Origin: a virus
Lineage: Duplodnaviria; Caudoviricetes
IMG/VR virus record: IMGVR_UViG_3300006117_000049
Span: 1-24,732 of that record
Length of the DNA: 24,732 nt
Strand: one strand, 5' to 3'
Below are positions 1 to 7,331 of this stretch, piece after piece; the first letter of the stretch is position 1, and every line of letters begins with the position of its first letter. The position numbers were made by a program, and so were the translations under genes. The notes beneath the pieces are model-generated. The model saw only the letters and a program-made list of their open reading frames with translations, did not search any database and had not been told where the DNA came from.

Positions 1-1
1 A

Positions 2-457
2 CCTGAAGAAAAAGATTGGGGACATCCTGAGATCGGTCCTAGCCCCGACGACTGGGAAAAGAGTCCTGAATTTAAGTTTGAAAAAGTTAAACCAACGCAT
101 ATAGGTTGGTACAGGGCAGTTTGGAGTCATTTTGGTACTAGCTACGGCAGCTTATACTGGAACGGTGAATCGTTTGGTGACTGGGAATACGGTAAATTTA
201 TCCCTCAATCTAATATAGATCGGTGGCAGGGCTACAGTTGGGATACCAGTAACTGGGCTAACAGACCCAAAGAACCACCTAGCATCACTTGCGATAATGA
301 AAAATGCGGTTGGTATGGATTAAGCGATGATCGTCGAACTGACGACGAAGGTGATGATCACTGCCCCGATTGCGACGGTAAAGAATTTAGCTGGATTGAT
401 TATGATCCTGATACTACCGAAGGTCGTAAGAATCGTGAGAAGTATTCAGTATGTTAG
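2..457 (+). CDS. 5'-truncated hypothetical protein, Trp-rich, with C-terminal putative zinc ribbon
   Basis: Not in the ORF track (no start in window). My translation of frame +2 is open from the window edge to TAG at 455-457: ...PEEKDWGHP...ITCDNEKCGWYG...DHCPDCDGKEF...YSVC*. Has CxxxxC...CxxC; the stop overlaps the next ATG (451). Confidence 0.8.
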   Translation, partial: PEEKDWGHPEIGPSPDDWEKSPEFKFEKVKPTHIGWYRAVWSHFGTSYGSLYWNGESFGDWEYGKFIPQSNIDRWQGYSWDTSNWANRPKEPPSITCDNEKCGWYGLSDDRRTDDEGDDHCPDCDGKEFSWIDYDPDTTEGRKNREKYSVC

Positions 458-648
458 AACTTATTTTTTTCTTAGCAGGTATCGCTGTTGGATATAATCT
501 AAAGCATAAACCGGAGCCTGTTATACAAGATCCTGAACTTAAAAATCGAGTCACTGTAGCGGAAAATCTAAACGAAAGTCTTAAAAGAGATTTGCAGGAA
601 GTCAAAGAAGCGTTATGGAATTTAAAAAATAAAAAGGATGTAAAATGA
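451..648 (+). CDS. small membrane-anchored coiled-coil protein
   Basis: N-terminal hydrophobic helix MLELIFFLAGIAVGY, then a heptad-like charged helix; overlaps both neighbours (ATGA coupling at 645-648). Confidence 0.7.
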   Translation: MLELIFFLAGIAVGYNLKHKPEPVIQDPELKNRVTVAENLNESLKRDLQEVKEALWNLKNKKDVK

Positions 649-1124
649 CAGAGTTACACGCAAAGCCAATTGTAGATGGTAAATTTTGGATCGTAGAACA
701 AGACGGTACTAAAGTTGCTACTCTACATAAAAAAGAAAACAATAAATTTATTTTAAGCAGTACTAATGGTGAAGTCATGTTTAATCGTAAACAGGATTTA
801 ACTAGACAGTTCGGTGATAATTTTTTCTTAACTAGTACTAAGATTAAAGTTACTCAACCTGATGCATATGAGTGTCACGGGTATCCGACCAGCAGCCGAC
901 CATTTAATGCCATGTATGATGTTCGACGCAAACTTCCATTGTTTACTAAAAGTAATGCTAGTAAGAGTTTATATTGCGCAGGTTATTATGTAATTAAATT
1001 TGACAAGGGATGGGTTAAGAGTTTTTGTCCGAAGGCAATTACTATCGAACGTTATCCAAGCAAAGGACCATTTAAGTCTGAAATCGAAATGAAGGCAGTA
1101 TTATCAAATGCAAAATCAGATTAA
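645..1124 (+). CDS. hypothetical phage protein (159 aa)
   Basis: Clean ORF, AAGGA RBS upstream, coupled to neighbours; no motif recognised. Confidence 0.8.
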   Translation: MTELHAKPIVDGKFWIVEQDGTKVATLHKKENNKFILSSTNGEVMFNRKQDLTRQFGDNFFLTSTKIKVTQPDAYECHGYPTSSRPFNAMYDVRRKLPLFTKSNASKSLYCAGYYVIKFDKGWVKSFCPKAITIERYPSKGPFKSEIEMKAVLSNAKSD

Positions 1125-1356
1125 TTTAACCCCTATTACACAATTTACTCAAATACTTAGAAGTGCTGAACTAAGTCAAAGTAAAGAAGTTAAACTGCCC
1201 ATTCAACAGGCTAGACTGCTAAGTTTAGCATTGATCGAAATACAAGATAAATTACTACAAGATTACGAAACTATGTATAATGCTATCAAAGGGCAGATAC
1301 AAACAGAAGTTGTCAATGTAAATATGGATGGTGGTGGGTTCGAAGAGAACAAATAA
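1108..1356 (+). CDS. hypothetical helical phage protein (82 aa)
   Basis: Overlaps the upstream stop; amphipathic helices and a C-terminal MDGGGF motif. Confidence 0.75.
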   Translation: MQNQINLTPITQFTQILRSAELSQSKEVKLPIQQARLLSLALIEIQDKLLQDYETMYNAIKGQIQTEVVNVNMDGGGFEENK

Positions 1357-1358
1357 AG

Positions 1359-1366
1359 GATAAATA
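1359..1366 (+). promoter_or_regulatory. putative late promoter (G)ATAAATA
   Basis: GATAAATA in a short intergenic gap, 30 nt before ATG 1396. The same ATAAATA core precedes three structural genes on the - strand and resembles the T4 late -10 element TATAAATA. Confidence 0.5.
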
Positions 1367-1367
1367 T

Positions 1368-1397
1368 ATACGTATATTATTTGGATACGTATATTAT
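1368..1397. repeat. 13-bp direct repeat ATACGTATATTAT x2, each with palindrome ATACGTAT
   Basis: Copies at 1368-1380 and 1385-1397, separated by TTGG; the second copy runs into ATG 1396. Confidence 0.85.
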
Positions 1398-1680
1398 GAG
1401 TCGACCAAAACCAGCCGTAATTCTTGAGCATGTTAACAAGAAAACCTATAAAGCAGAACAGATCCTAGAAGCAGAAGCCATCTGGGCTGTATTCTATAAG
1501 AACGCACCTTTTAATCTCAAATCTTTTAATAGTTTGACCAGCTATCCTGGACCAAAATATAAAAAAGTAAGTTTTTCAAATCCTGGCCACGCACATAATC
1601 TTGCCAAGAAGCTCAATCTAACTTTTGGATGCGAAGATTTCCAAGTGGTTAAATTGACTCAAGGCACGATTGTGAAATGA
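1396..1680 (+). CDS. hypothetical basic phage protein (MSRPKP..., 94 aa)
   Basis: The ORF track starts at TTG 1381; ATG 1396 is more plausible. Lys-rich with YPGPKYKK...FSNPGHA; coupled (ATGA) to the next gene. Confidence 0.8.
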   Translation: MSRPKPAVILEHVNKKTYKAEQILEAEAIWAVFYKNAPFNLKSFNSLTSYPGPKYKKVSFSNPGHAHNLAKKLNLTFGCEDFQVVKLTQGTIVK

Positions 1681-2084
1681 TAACTCGAGACGCATATACC
1701 AAAATTTTCCTCCAGCAGTGGGGTAAGACAGTTGATGAAACTAATCTTAATCTATACGGGCGTCAGTGGTGGCAATCAAATCGAGTCAACAAGCAGAACG
1801 CATTTCGACTAAGTGATGAAGGATTTGAGTTTTTGGTAAATGAATTGGAACTTAAATCTTATGAAATACCATTTACCGAACCGATTGAACTAAGTCCCCA
1901 AACTATAATATTTTTAGAAAGATATGTAGACTGTCCATATTATCTAACTGTGGAAAGTATCAGTGTGTTTACTGAGCGTAAAAGTTTTGAATTGATGTTG
2001 TTTTCAGACGACATACGCAAATTTGGCCTAATTAAAGCTATGAATGAGCGTGAAAAAGAACTAGCTAATAAAGATAGTGATTGA
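1677..2084 (+). CDS. hypothetical phage protein (135 aa)
   Basis: Clean ORF coupled to the upstream gene; its stop overlaps the TTGACA of the next promoter. Confidence 0.8.
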   Translation: MITRDAYTKIFLQQWGKTVDETNLNLYGRQWWQSNRVNKQNAFRLSDEGFEFLVNELELKSYEIPFTEPIELSPQTIIFLERYVDCPYYLTVESISVFTERKSFELMLFSDDIRKFGLIKAMNEREKELANKDSD

Positions 2085-2109
2085 CAACTATTGCCTATCA
2101 ATGTATAAT
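2081..2109 (+). promoter_or_regulatory. sigma70-type (early) promoter of the AAA+ ATPase
   Basis: TTGACA (2081-2086), 17-nt spacer, TATAAT (2104-2109): perfect consensus; AGGA RBS before ATG 2162. Confidence 0.9.
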
Positions 2110-2161
2110 TGTATACATCAAGTAGCAATTATCGACACATATTTTACAGATAGGAAGAAAA

Positions 2162-3250
2162 ATGGCAGAGTTAGTTAGTCGCACAGTAGGTCCAAAAAAT
2201 GCTAAAAAGTCTTTGCGTAAGGCTTTTAAAAATCAACGTCCAATCTTCCTATGGGGTCCTCCAGGAATTGGTAAATCCGATATTATCAAACAACTTGGTA
2301 CTGAGCTCGATGCTCATGTAATCGATGTACGTTTGAGCTTGTGGGAACCAACCGACATTAAAGGTATTCCATTTTTTGATTCAAATGATGGCACTATGCG
2401 CTGGGCGCCACCGTCAGAATTACCAAGCCCAGAATTTGCTGCCAATCACAAAACTATCATTCTGTTCTTAGACGAAATGAACTCTGCGGCTCCTAGCGTA
2501 CAAGCGGCGGCTTATCAGCTTATTTTAAATCGCCGTGTTGGTACATACCATTTGCCAGACAATGTTGTGTTAGTAGCGGCTGGTAACCGTGAAACTGACA
2601 AGGGTGTTACATTCCGTATGCCTGCTCCGTTGGCTAACCGCTTTGTTCACTTGGAAATGACAGTTGATTGGGACGACTACTTTGAGTGGGCTGTTGAAAA
2701 CAAAATCCACAAGGACGTAGTTGGTTTTTTGAGCTTCAGTAAAAAGAGCTTATACGATTTTGATCCAAAATCTAGCTCACGTGCCTTTGCTACTCCCCGT
2801 AGCTGGAGTTTTGTAAGTGAGTTATTGCATGACGACGATACAGATGTTGATACACTTACAGATTTAGTTTCCGGTTCAGTGGGCGAAGGACTAGCAGTTA
2901 GTTTTATGGCTCATCGTAAGATTGCAAGCAAAATGCCTAACCCTACAGATATCTTACTTGGTAAGGTTAAAAAGATGGAATCTAAAGAGATTTCAGCTAT
3001 GTACTCGTTGACTGTATCATTATGCTACGAGCTCAAGGATGCCTGCGAGAAGAAATCTAAAAACTGGAATGAGCAAGTTAATAATTTCTTCAGTTTTATT
3101 ATGGATAATTTTGAAACAGAATTGGTTATTATGGGTACAAAATTAGCTTTGAGTACTTACAAATTGCCATTGGATCCAGATGAAATTAAATGCTTTGACG
3201 AATTCCATGCCAAATATGGCAAATATATTGCTCAAGCAACAGAAAAATAA
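2162..3250 (+). CDS. MoxR-like (AAA_5, dynein-related) AAA+ ATPase
   Basis: Walker A GPPGIGKS, Walker B ILFLDE, sensor-1 AAGNR, Arg-finger PLANRF, TPRSW sensor-2; next to a vWA gene, as is typical of MoxR ATPases. Confidence 0.92.
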   Translation: MAELVSRTVGPKNAKKSLRKAFKNQRPIFLWGPPGIGKSDIIKQLGTELDAHVIDVRLSLWEPTDIKGIPFFDSNDGTMRWAPPSELPSPEFAANHKTIILFLDEMNSAAPSVQAAAYQLILNRRVGTYHLPDNVVLVAAGNRETDKGVTFRMPAPLANRFVHLEMTVDWDDYFEWAVENKIHKDVVGFLSFSKKSLYDFDPKSSSRAFATPRSWSFVSELLHDDDTDVDTLTDLVSGSVGEGLAVSFMAHRKIASKMPNPTDILLGKVKKMESKEISAMYSLTVSLCYELKDACEKKSKNWNEQVNNFFSFIMDNFETELVIMGTKLALSTYKLPLDPDEIKCFDEFHAKYGKYIAQATEK

Positions 3251-3266
3251 TTTAATTTTTCACTGA

Positions 3267-3295
3267 TTGACACCTCCTTCGGGAGGTGTTATAAT
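3267..3295 (+). promoter_or_regulatory. sigma70-type promoter with extended -10 for the vWA/metallopeptidase gene
   Basis: TTGACA (3267-3272), 17-nt spacer, TGn-TATAAT (TG 3287-3288; TATAAT 3290-3295); AGGAG RBS at 3316-3320. Confidence 0.88.
3268..3291 (+). terminator. C-UUCG-G tetraloop hairpin (terminator-like or RNA-stabilising) after the ATPase
   Basis: TGACACCTCC-TTCG-GGAGGTGTTA: 10-bp stem (one G-U), 17 nt after the ATPase stop; followed by an AT-rich tract, not a pure U run. Confidence 0.6.
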
Positions 3296-3325
3296 ATATA
3301 CTATAGTGAACGAACAGGAGCAGAG

Positions 3326-4528
3326 ATGTCAAATTTAGATCCAATTATCGATAAAATTATTGTAGCCCGAGTAGGTTTATTACTTCGCCACCCATTTTTT
3401 GGTAACATGGCCACACGCTTAAAAATTGAAGAAGGCTCCGAATGGATGGGTACTGCCGCTACAGATGGTCGTACCATTTATTTCAATCGTAAGTTTTTTG
3501 AACCACTTACAGTTAAACAAGTTGAGTTCGTTATTGCTCACGAAATCTTGCACAATGTATTCGATCATATGAGTCGTAGAGAAGGTCGTGATGCTAAGAT
3601 CTTTAACATTGCCGCTGACTATTGTGTAAACGGACAATTAGTACGTGATCGGATTGGCGACATTAATATCGAAGGTATTACACCATTCCACGATTCTAAA
3701 TACTACGGTATGGGCGCAGAAGAAATCTATGATAAGATTTTTGATGAAATGGATGAGAAAGAATTAGAAGCTCTTGGCCAATTACTAGACGATCATATCG
3801 ACTGGGGTGAAAATGGACAAGATGGCAAAGACGGCAACGGTAAAAAACCACAATATTCTAAAGAAGAATTAAAACAAATTCGTGACGAGATTCGCGAAGC
3901 TACTGTGCAAGCCGCACAGGCCGCAGGTGCTGGTAACACTCCTGCAAGTGTACAGAGAATGATTAAGGATTTGACAGAACCTAAAATGAATTGGCGTGAG
4001 ATACTGCGTCAACAAATCCAAAGCACTATTAAGAATGACTATTCATTTATGCGTCCTAATCGCAAGGGCTGGCACATGAGTGCAATATTGCCAGGTACTC
4101 AATTTGAAGAAACTATTGATATCTGTGTTGGCATCGACATGTCTGGATCTATTGGAGATGACCAAGCTAAAGACTTTCTAAGTGAGATCAAAGGCATCAT
4201 GCAAGAATATAAAGACTTTAAAATTAAAGTATGGTGCTTTGATACTAAAGTTTATAACGAGCAAGATTACGATGGCTATTCAATAGATGAATTTGATCAC
4301 TACGAACCAATGGGTGGTGGTGGTACTGATTTCGATTGTAACTGGGAATACATGAAGGAACATGATATTAACCCTAAAAAGTTTATCATGTTTACCGACG
4401 GTTATCCTTGGGGTAGCTGGGGTGATGAAAATCATTGCGATACAGTATTCATCATTCATGGAAATAATAGTGTTGTACCCCCATTCGGTGAATACGCATA
4501 TTATGAAGCAATGAAGGAAGTAGCATAA
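3326..4528 (+). CDS. HExxH metallopeptidase-like + vWA domain protein (DUF2201-like), MoxR partner
   Basis: N-terminal TAATDG...AHEILH...NIAADY zincin-like motifs; acidic linker; C-terminal MIDAS DMSGS, GGGTDF, FTDGY. Confidence 0.9.
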   Translation: MSNLDPIIDKIIVARVGLLLRHPFFGNMATRLKIEEGSEWMGTAATDGRTIYFNRKFFEPLTVKQVEFVIAHEILHNVFDHMSRREGRDAKIFNIAADYCVNGQLVRDRIGDINIEGITPFHDSKYYGMGAEEIYDKIFDEMDEKELEALGQLLDDHIDWGENGQDGKDGNGKKPQYSKEELKQIRDEIREATVQAAQAAGAGNTPASVQRMIKDLTEPKMNWREILRQQIQSTIKNDYSFMRPNRKGWHMSAILPGTQFEETIDICVGIDMSGSIGDDQAKDFLSEIKGIMQEYKDFKIKVWCFDTKVYNEQDYDGYSIDEFDHYEPMGGGGTDFDCNWEYMKEHDINPKKFIMFTDGYPWGSWGDENHCDTVFIIHGNNSVVPPFGEYAYYEAMKEVA

Positions 4529-4815
4529 TGGCATTAAAAAATGGCAAGCCAAATCCTCTAAATTATTTTAATTTACGCAGAGTTGAGTTTGCCTGTCCAC
4601 ACTTTAAGTATACGTCAATTGAAAAATATAATCCGCATTTAATCAGAGCGATCGATCAGTGGATTAAGCATAATCTTAATAATAGATATTATATTGGGCA
4701 AGGCATTACTTTAGATAATAACAACTCTATTGTATATACTACATCTATTGGGTTTGAGAGTGAAAAAGAACTCAGTTTCTTCACGATTGCCTGCCCACAT
4801 TTATCACAGAGATAA
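4528..4815 (+). CDS. hypothetical phage protein (95 aa)
   Basis: TAATG stop/start coupling to the vWA gene; clean ORF. Confidence 0.75.
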   Translation: MALKNGKPNPLNYFNLRRVEFACPHFKYTSIEKYNPHLIRAIDQWIKHNLNNRYYIGQGITLDNNNSIVYTTSIGFESEKELSFFTIACPHLSQR

Positions 4816-4848
4816 TTATATATGTACAGAATATATTAAGGAGATACC

Positions 4849-5127
4849 ATGACTGATACAACACAAAACAACGCACCAGCAACTGATGCTCAAAGCAATG
4901 ATTTAACAATCAACGATCTTAACGCAATGAAAGTTATCATCGATATTGCTAGCTCACGTGGCGCATTTAAACCAAATGAAATGGTTGCAGTTGGACAAAC
5001 TTATACTAAATTAAGCACATTCTTAGAGACTGTTGCTAAACAAGCAGAAGCCGCTCAAGCAACTACACCTCCTACAGCTACACCAACATCAGCTGATGCC
5101 GCAGGTGCCGCAATTACAGGAGTATAA
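4849..5127 (+). CDS. small helical phage protein with Ala/Thr/Pro-rich tail
   Basis: Strong AAGGAG RBS; core LTINDL..IIDIASSRGAFKPNEM..VGQTYTKL. GATAATTA at 4811-4818 is a possible late-promoter variant. Confidence 0.8.
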   Translation: MTDTTQNNAPATDAQSNDLTINDLNAMKVIIDIASSRGAFKPNEMVAVGQTYTKLSTFLETVAKQAEAAQATTPPTATPTSADAAGAAITGV

Positions 5128-5129
5128 TA

Positions 5130-5711
5130 ATGGCTGAACTTAAACACGTAGGTCGTGTTAAGGCTACAAATAAGAAGTGTCTTGTAGCATATCGCACACT
5201 GCCAGGTGATGCGTATCATTGCCTAATTATCCCAACAGAAAATCTACCAGACATCTATCACGATGCTATTATCAATCTAGTCGAAAGTAGTGCTGGTCAA
5301 GAGGCTTATGAATTTGCAGAAGCTTTAGATCGTACTCAGTTCCCTGATGGTTCAAGAATGTTACCTGCATTGCATTCTTCCGGACGTTTAATTAAGGTAC
5401 AGACAAGCGAAGTTGAAATGCTGCCTGTTCCCGGATTTACTGTCCAGCTAAGTGAATTGAATCAAATGATTGCTGAACAACGCGGAGTTCCAGTTGATGA
5501 ACTAGCCTTGCAGTCAGGCGATCCTAAAACTTCTAAAAAAATTGAATTGCCTGAAGTTGAAGAATCAACAGCTAGTGCAACTCCAACAGAAACACTTAGC
5601 CCAGATGCTCAAGCTAAAGAATATCGTAGCAAGGCAGATAAGTTAGCTAAGGAAGCTGCTCAGTATCGCAGAATGGCAGAAGAACTAGCACCAACTAAAA
5701 AAGCAAAGTGA
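5130..5711 (+). CDS. hypothetical phage protein (193 aa), C-terminal coiled coil
   Basis: AGGAG RBS; globular N-terminus (KHVGR...FPDG..MLPALH), low-complexity linker, helical C-terminus. Confidence 0.8.
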   Translation: MAELKHVGRVKATNKKCLVAYRTLPGDAYHCLIIPTENLPDIYHDAIINLVESSAGQEAYEFAEALDRTQFPDGSRMLPALHSSGRLIKVQTSEVEMLPVPGFTVQLSELNQMIAEQRGVPVDELALQSGDPKTSKKIELPEVEESTASATPTETLSPDAQAKEYRSKADKLAKEAAQYRRMAEELAPTKKAK

Positions 5712-6028
5712 CACGTTCGGGAAGAATTCTTCCCAAGGACGCGATCGAGCATTGGCCAGAAGTATTCGGTGAGGTAGAACTCAATGTAATGCCTCTTAGG
5801 TATCTCCATACCGTTTTGGTCAATTTTAAAGATGGCAAGTCCTGGGAAATACGCATAACTGAAAAAACGAAACGTGAGGGATGGTCTACGTTTGAAAGAA
5901 ATTTATCCGAGATGGTCAAGACCTACGAAGATACCGTTGAGGATATTGATTTCAAACTAGACACTGATCGTGTTCGGAAAGATATCGAGCGTAGTACTCA
6001 GAAATTTTTAAAGAAAAAGAAGCTATAA
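5708..6028 (+). CDS. hypothetical phage protein (106 aa)
   Basis: GTG start in a GTGA overlap with the upstream stop; fills the gap before thyX. Confidence 0.75.
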   Translation: MTRSGRILPKDAIEHWPEVFGEVELNVMPLRYLHTVLVNFKDGKSWEIRITEKTKREGWSTFERNLSEMVKTYEDTVEDIDFKLDTDRVRKDIERSTQKFLKKKKL

Positions 6029-6031
6029 CTA

Positions 6032-6715
6032 ATGCATGTTCAATTACTCAGTTACTCCCAGCCAACACAGGAATTTGCAGATTTGGGTATCCAAGATGCA
6101 CAGGAACTCATTGCGTACTGCGCCCGTGTCAGCAATCCCAGCAATCAACTTAACACCGAAACATCAGCAAAACTCATCCGATACCTTATTAAACACCAGC
6201 ACTGGAGTCCACTCGAAATGGTCTCAGCCTGCATTGAAATCACCACAACAAGAGATATTGCCCGACAAATCCTTAGACATAGAAGCTTCAGTTTTCAAGA
6301 GTTCAGTCAGCGATATGCTGATCCGACTAGAGACCTGTTATTCGTACCTAGAGAAGCGAGGTATCAGGACACCAAGAACAGGCAAAATTCAGTAGATCTA
6401 GATCCAACAGTAGATGACGATCGTCGTCTAGCGTATCAATGGGAAAATATACAGTTAGATATTATTAATCGTACACGTGATGCGTATAAATGGGCGATTG
6501 AAAAAGGTATTGCTAAAGAAGTTGCACGTGCTGTATTGCCAGAAGGGCTTACTGAAAGTCGACTGTACATGAATGGTACACTCCGTAGCTGGATTCATTT
6601 TATCGAATTACGCAGTGCTAATGGTACACAAAAAGAACATCAAGAAGTAGCGATCGCGTGTGCTAAAGTTATTGCTGAGATTTTTCCAATGACCACTGAT
6701 CTTTTAGCCAAGTAA
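6032..6715 (+). CDS. thyX: FAD-dependent thymidylate synthase ThyX
   Basis: ThyX signature RHRSFSFQEFSQRY (RHRx7S), HWSPLE, GIAKEVARAVLP, NGTLRSWIHFIELR, TQKEH. Confidence 0.96.
   Translation: MHVQLLSYSQPTQEFADLGIQDAQELIAYCARVSNPSNQLNTETSAKLIRYLIKHQHWSPLEMVSACIEITTTRDIARQILRHRSFSFQEFSQRYADPTRDLLFVPREARYQDTKNRQNSVDLDPTVDDDRRLAYQWENIQLDIINRTRDAYKWAIEKGIAKEVARAVLPEGLTESRLYMNGTLRSWIHFIELRSANGTQKEHQEVAIACAKVIAEIFPMTTDLLAK
6036..6395 (+). CDS. candidate overprinted 119-aa Ser/Pro/Thr-rich protein in the +1 frame of thyX
   Basis: ATG 4 nt after the thyX ATG (TAATGCATG). Across this span thyX never has an NTA codon before a purine (which would make a +1 stop); five such junctions occur in the ~22 codons from its stop onward. 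Confidence 0.35.
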   Translation: MFNYSVTPSQHRNLQIWVSKMHRNSLRTAPVSAIPAINLTPKHQQNSSDTLLNTSTGVHSKWSQPALKSPQQEILPDKSLDIEASVFKSSVSDMLIRLETCYSYLEKRGIRTPRTGKIQ

Positions 6716-7331
6716 AATCATTTATTTTAGCAAGTGCCTCCATATCGGAGGAATTTTTTTCACCGTATATCTTACCGGCTTTTGCACCATTAATGGCATT
6801 TAGGTCAGATCCAATAGTACACCAGCGATCTAATCTTACTAAAGATTCTTCGTTATTAATTAACACAAGTTTACAGCACTCTCTAAAAGCACTGCGCCAA
6901 GTAGTAAATGGATCTGTATTAAACGCTGTAATATTACTCACTGTAGGCATCGCTTTAAATTTACTGCTAATAGTTGTAGTCATGTCTACAGTATCGGTTC
7001 GCATGTTTATTGTAAGTATTTTTGGAAATAACTTAACACCACCATACCCGTATTCTAAACCGTTTACAGGATTGCGACTCCTCCAAACATGTACTACATC
7101 TAGATCCCATTTTGTAACTTCATAATCAAAATTGAAATCGTCTAATATAATTGCATCAGCGTCTACTACCCAAAACATTTTAGTAAATGCTTTTTTGGCG
7201 GCGGCAATATGAGCATTATGAATTCCATCAACACCATGCACACGTTTTGCCAATGGAAATCTTTCTTTTAGACGTGCATAGTTAGCGTCTGCATTTATTT
7301 CATCGTAACTAATAAAGACTATGTCGTACAT
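6669..7331 (-). CDS. GT-A fold glycosyltransferase-like protein (paralogue of 7331-8221)
   Basis: DIVFISYDE start strand, RVHGVDGIHNAH, FWVVDAD (DxD), YGYGGVKL, WRSAFRE. Confidence 0.72.
   Translation of the reverse strand: MYDIVFISYDEINADANYARLKERFPLAKRVHGVDGIHNAHIAAAKKAFTKMFWVVDADAIILDDFNFDYEVTKWDLDVVHVWRSRNPVNGLEYGYGGVKLFPKILTINMRTDTVDMTTTISSKFKAMPTVSNITAFNTDPFTTWRSAFRECCKLVLINNEESLVRLDRWCTIGSDLNAINGAKAGKIYGEKNSSDMEALAKINDFTWLKDQWSLEKSQQ

Noticed and set aside
1381-1395. TTG 1381 start (likewise TTG 20571 for S53)
   Set aside because: In-frame ATGs at 1396 and 20559 have GGA-type SD sequences at usable spacing.
414-5919. Short - strand ORFs 414-605, 1940-2128, 3419-3637, 4280-4552, 5695-5919
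   Set aside because: All lie opposite a tightly packed + strand operon and have no independent signals.
6793-7125. 110-aa hydrophobic + strand ORF (and 10487-10720)
   Set aside because: Antisense to motif-bearing, coupled operon genes; the hydrophobicity is a mirror artefact.
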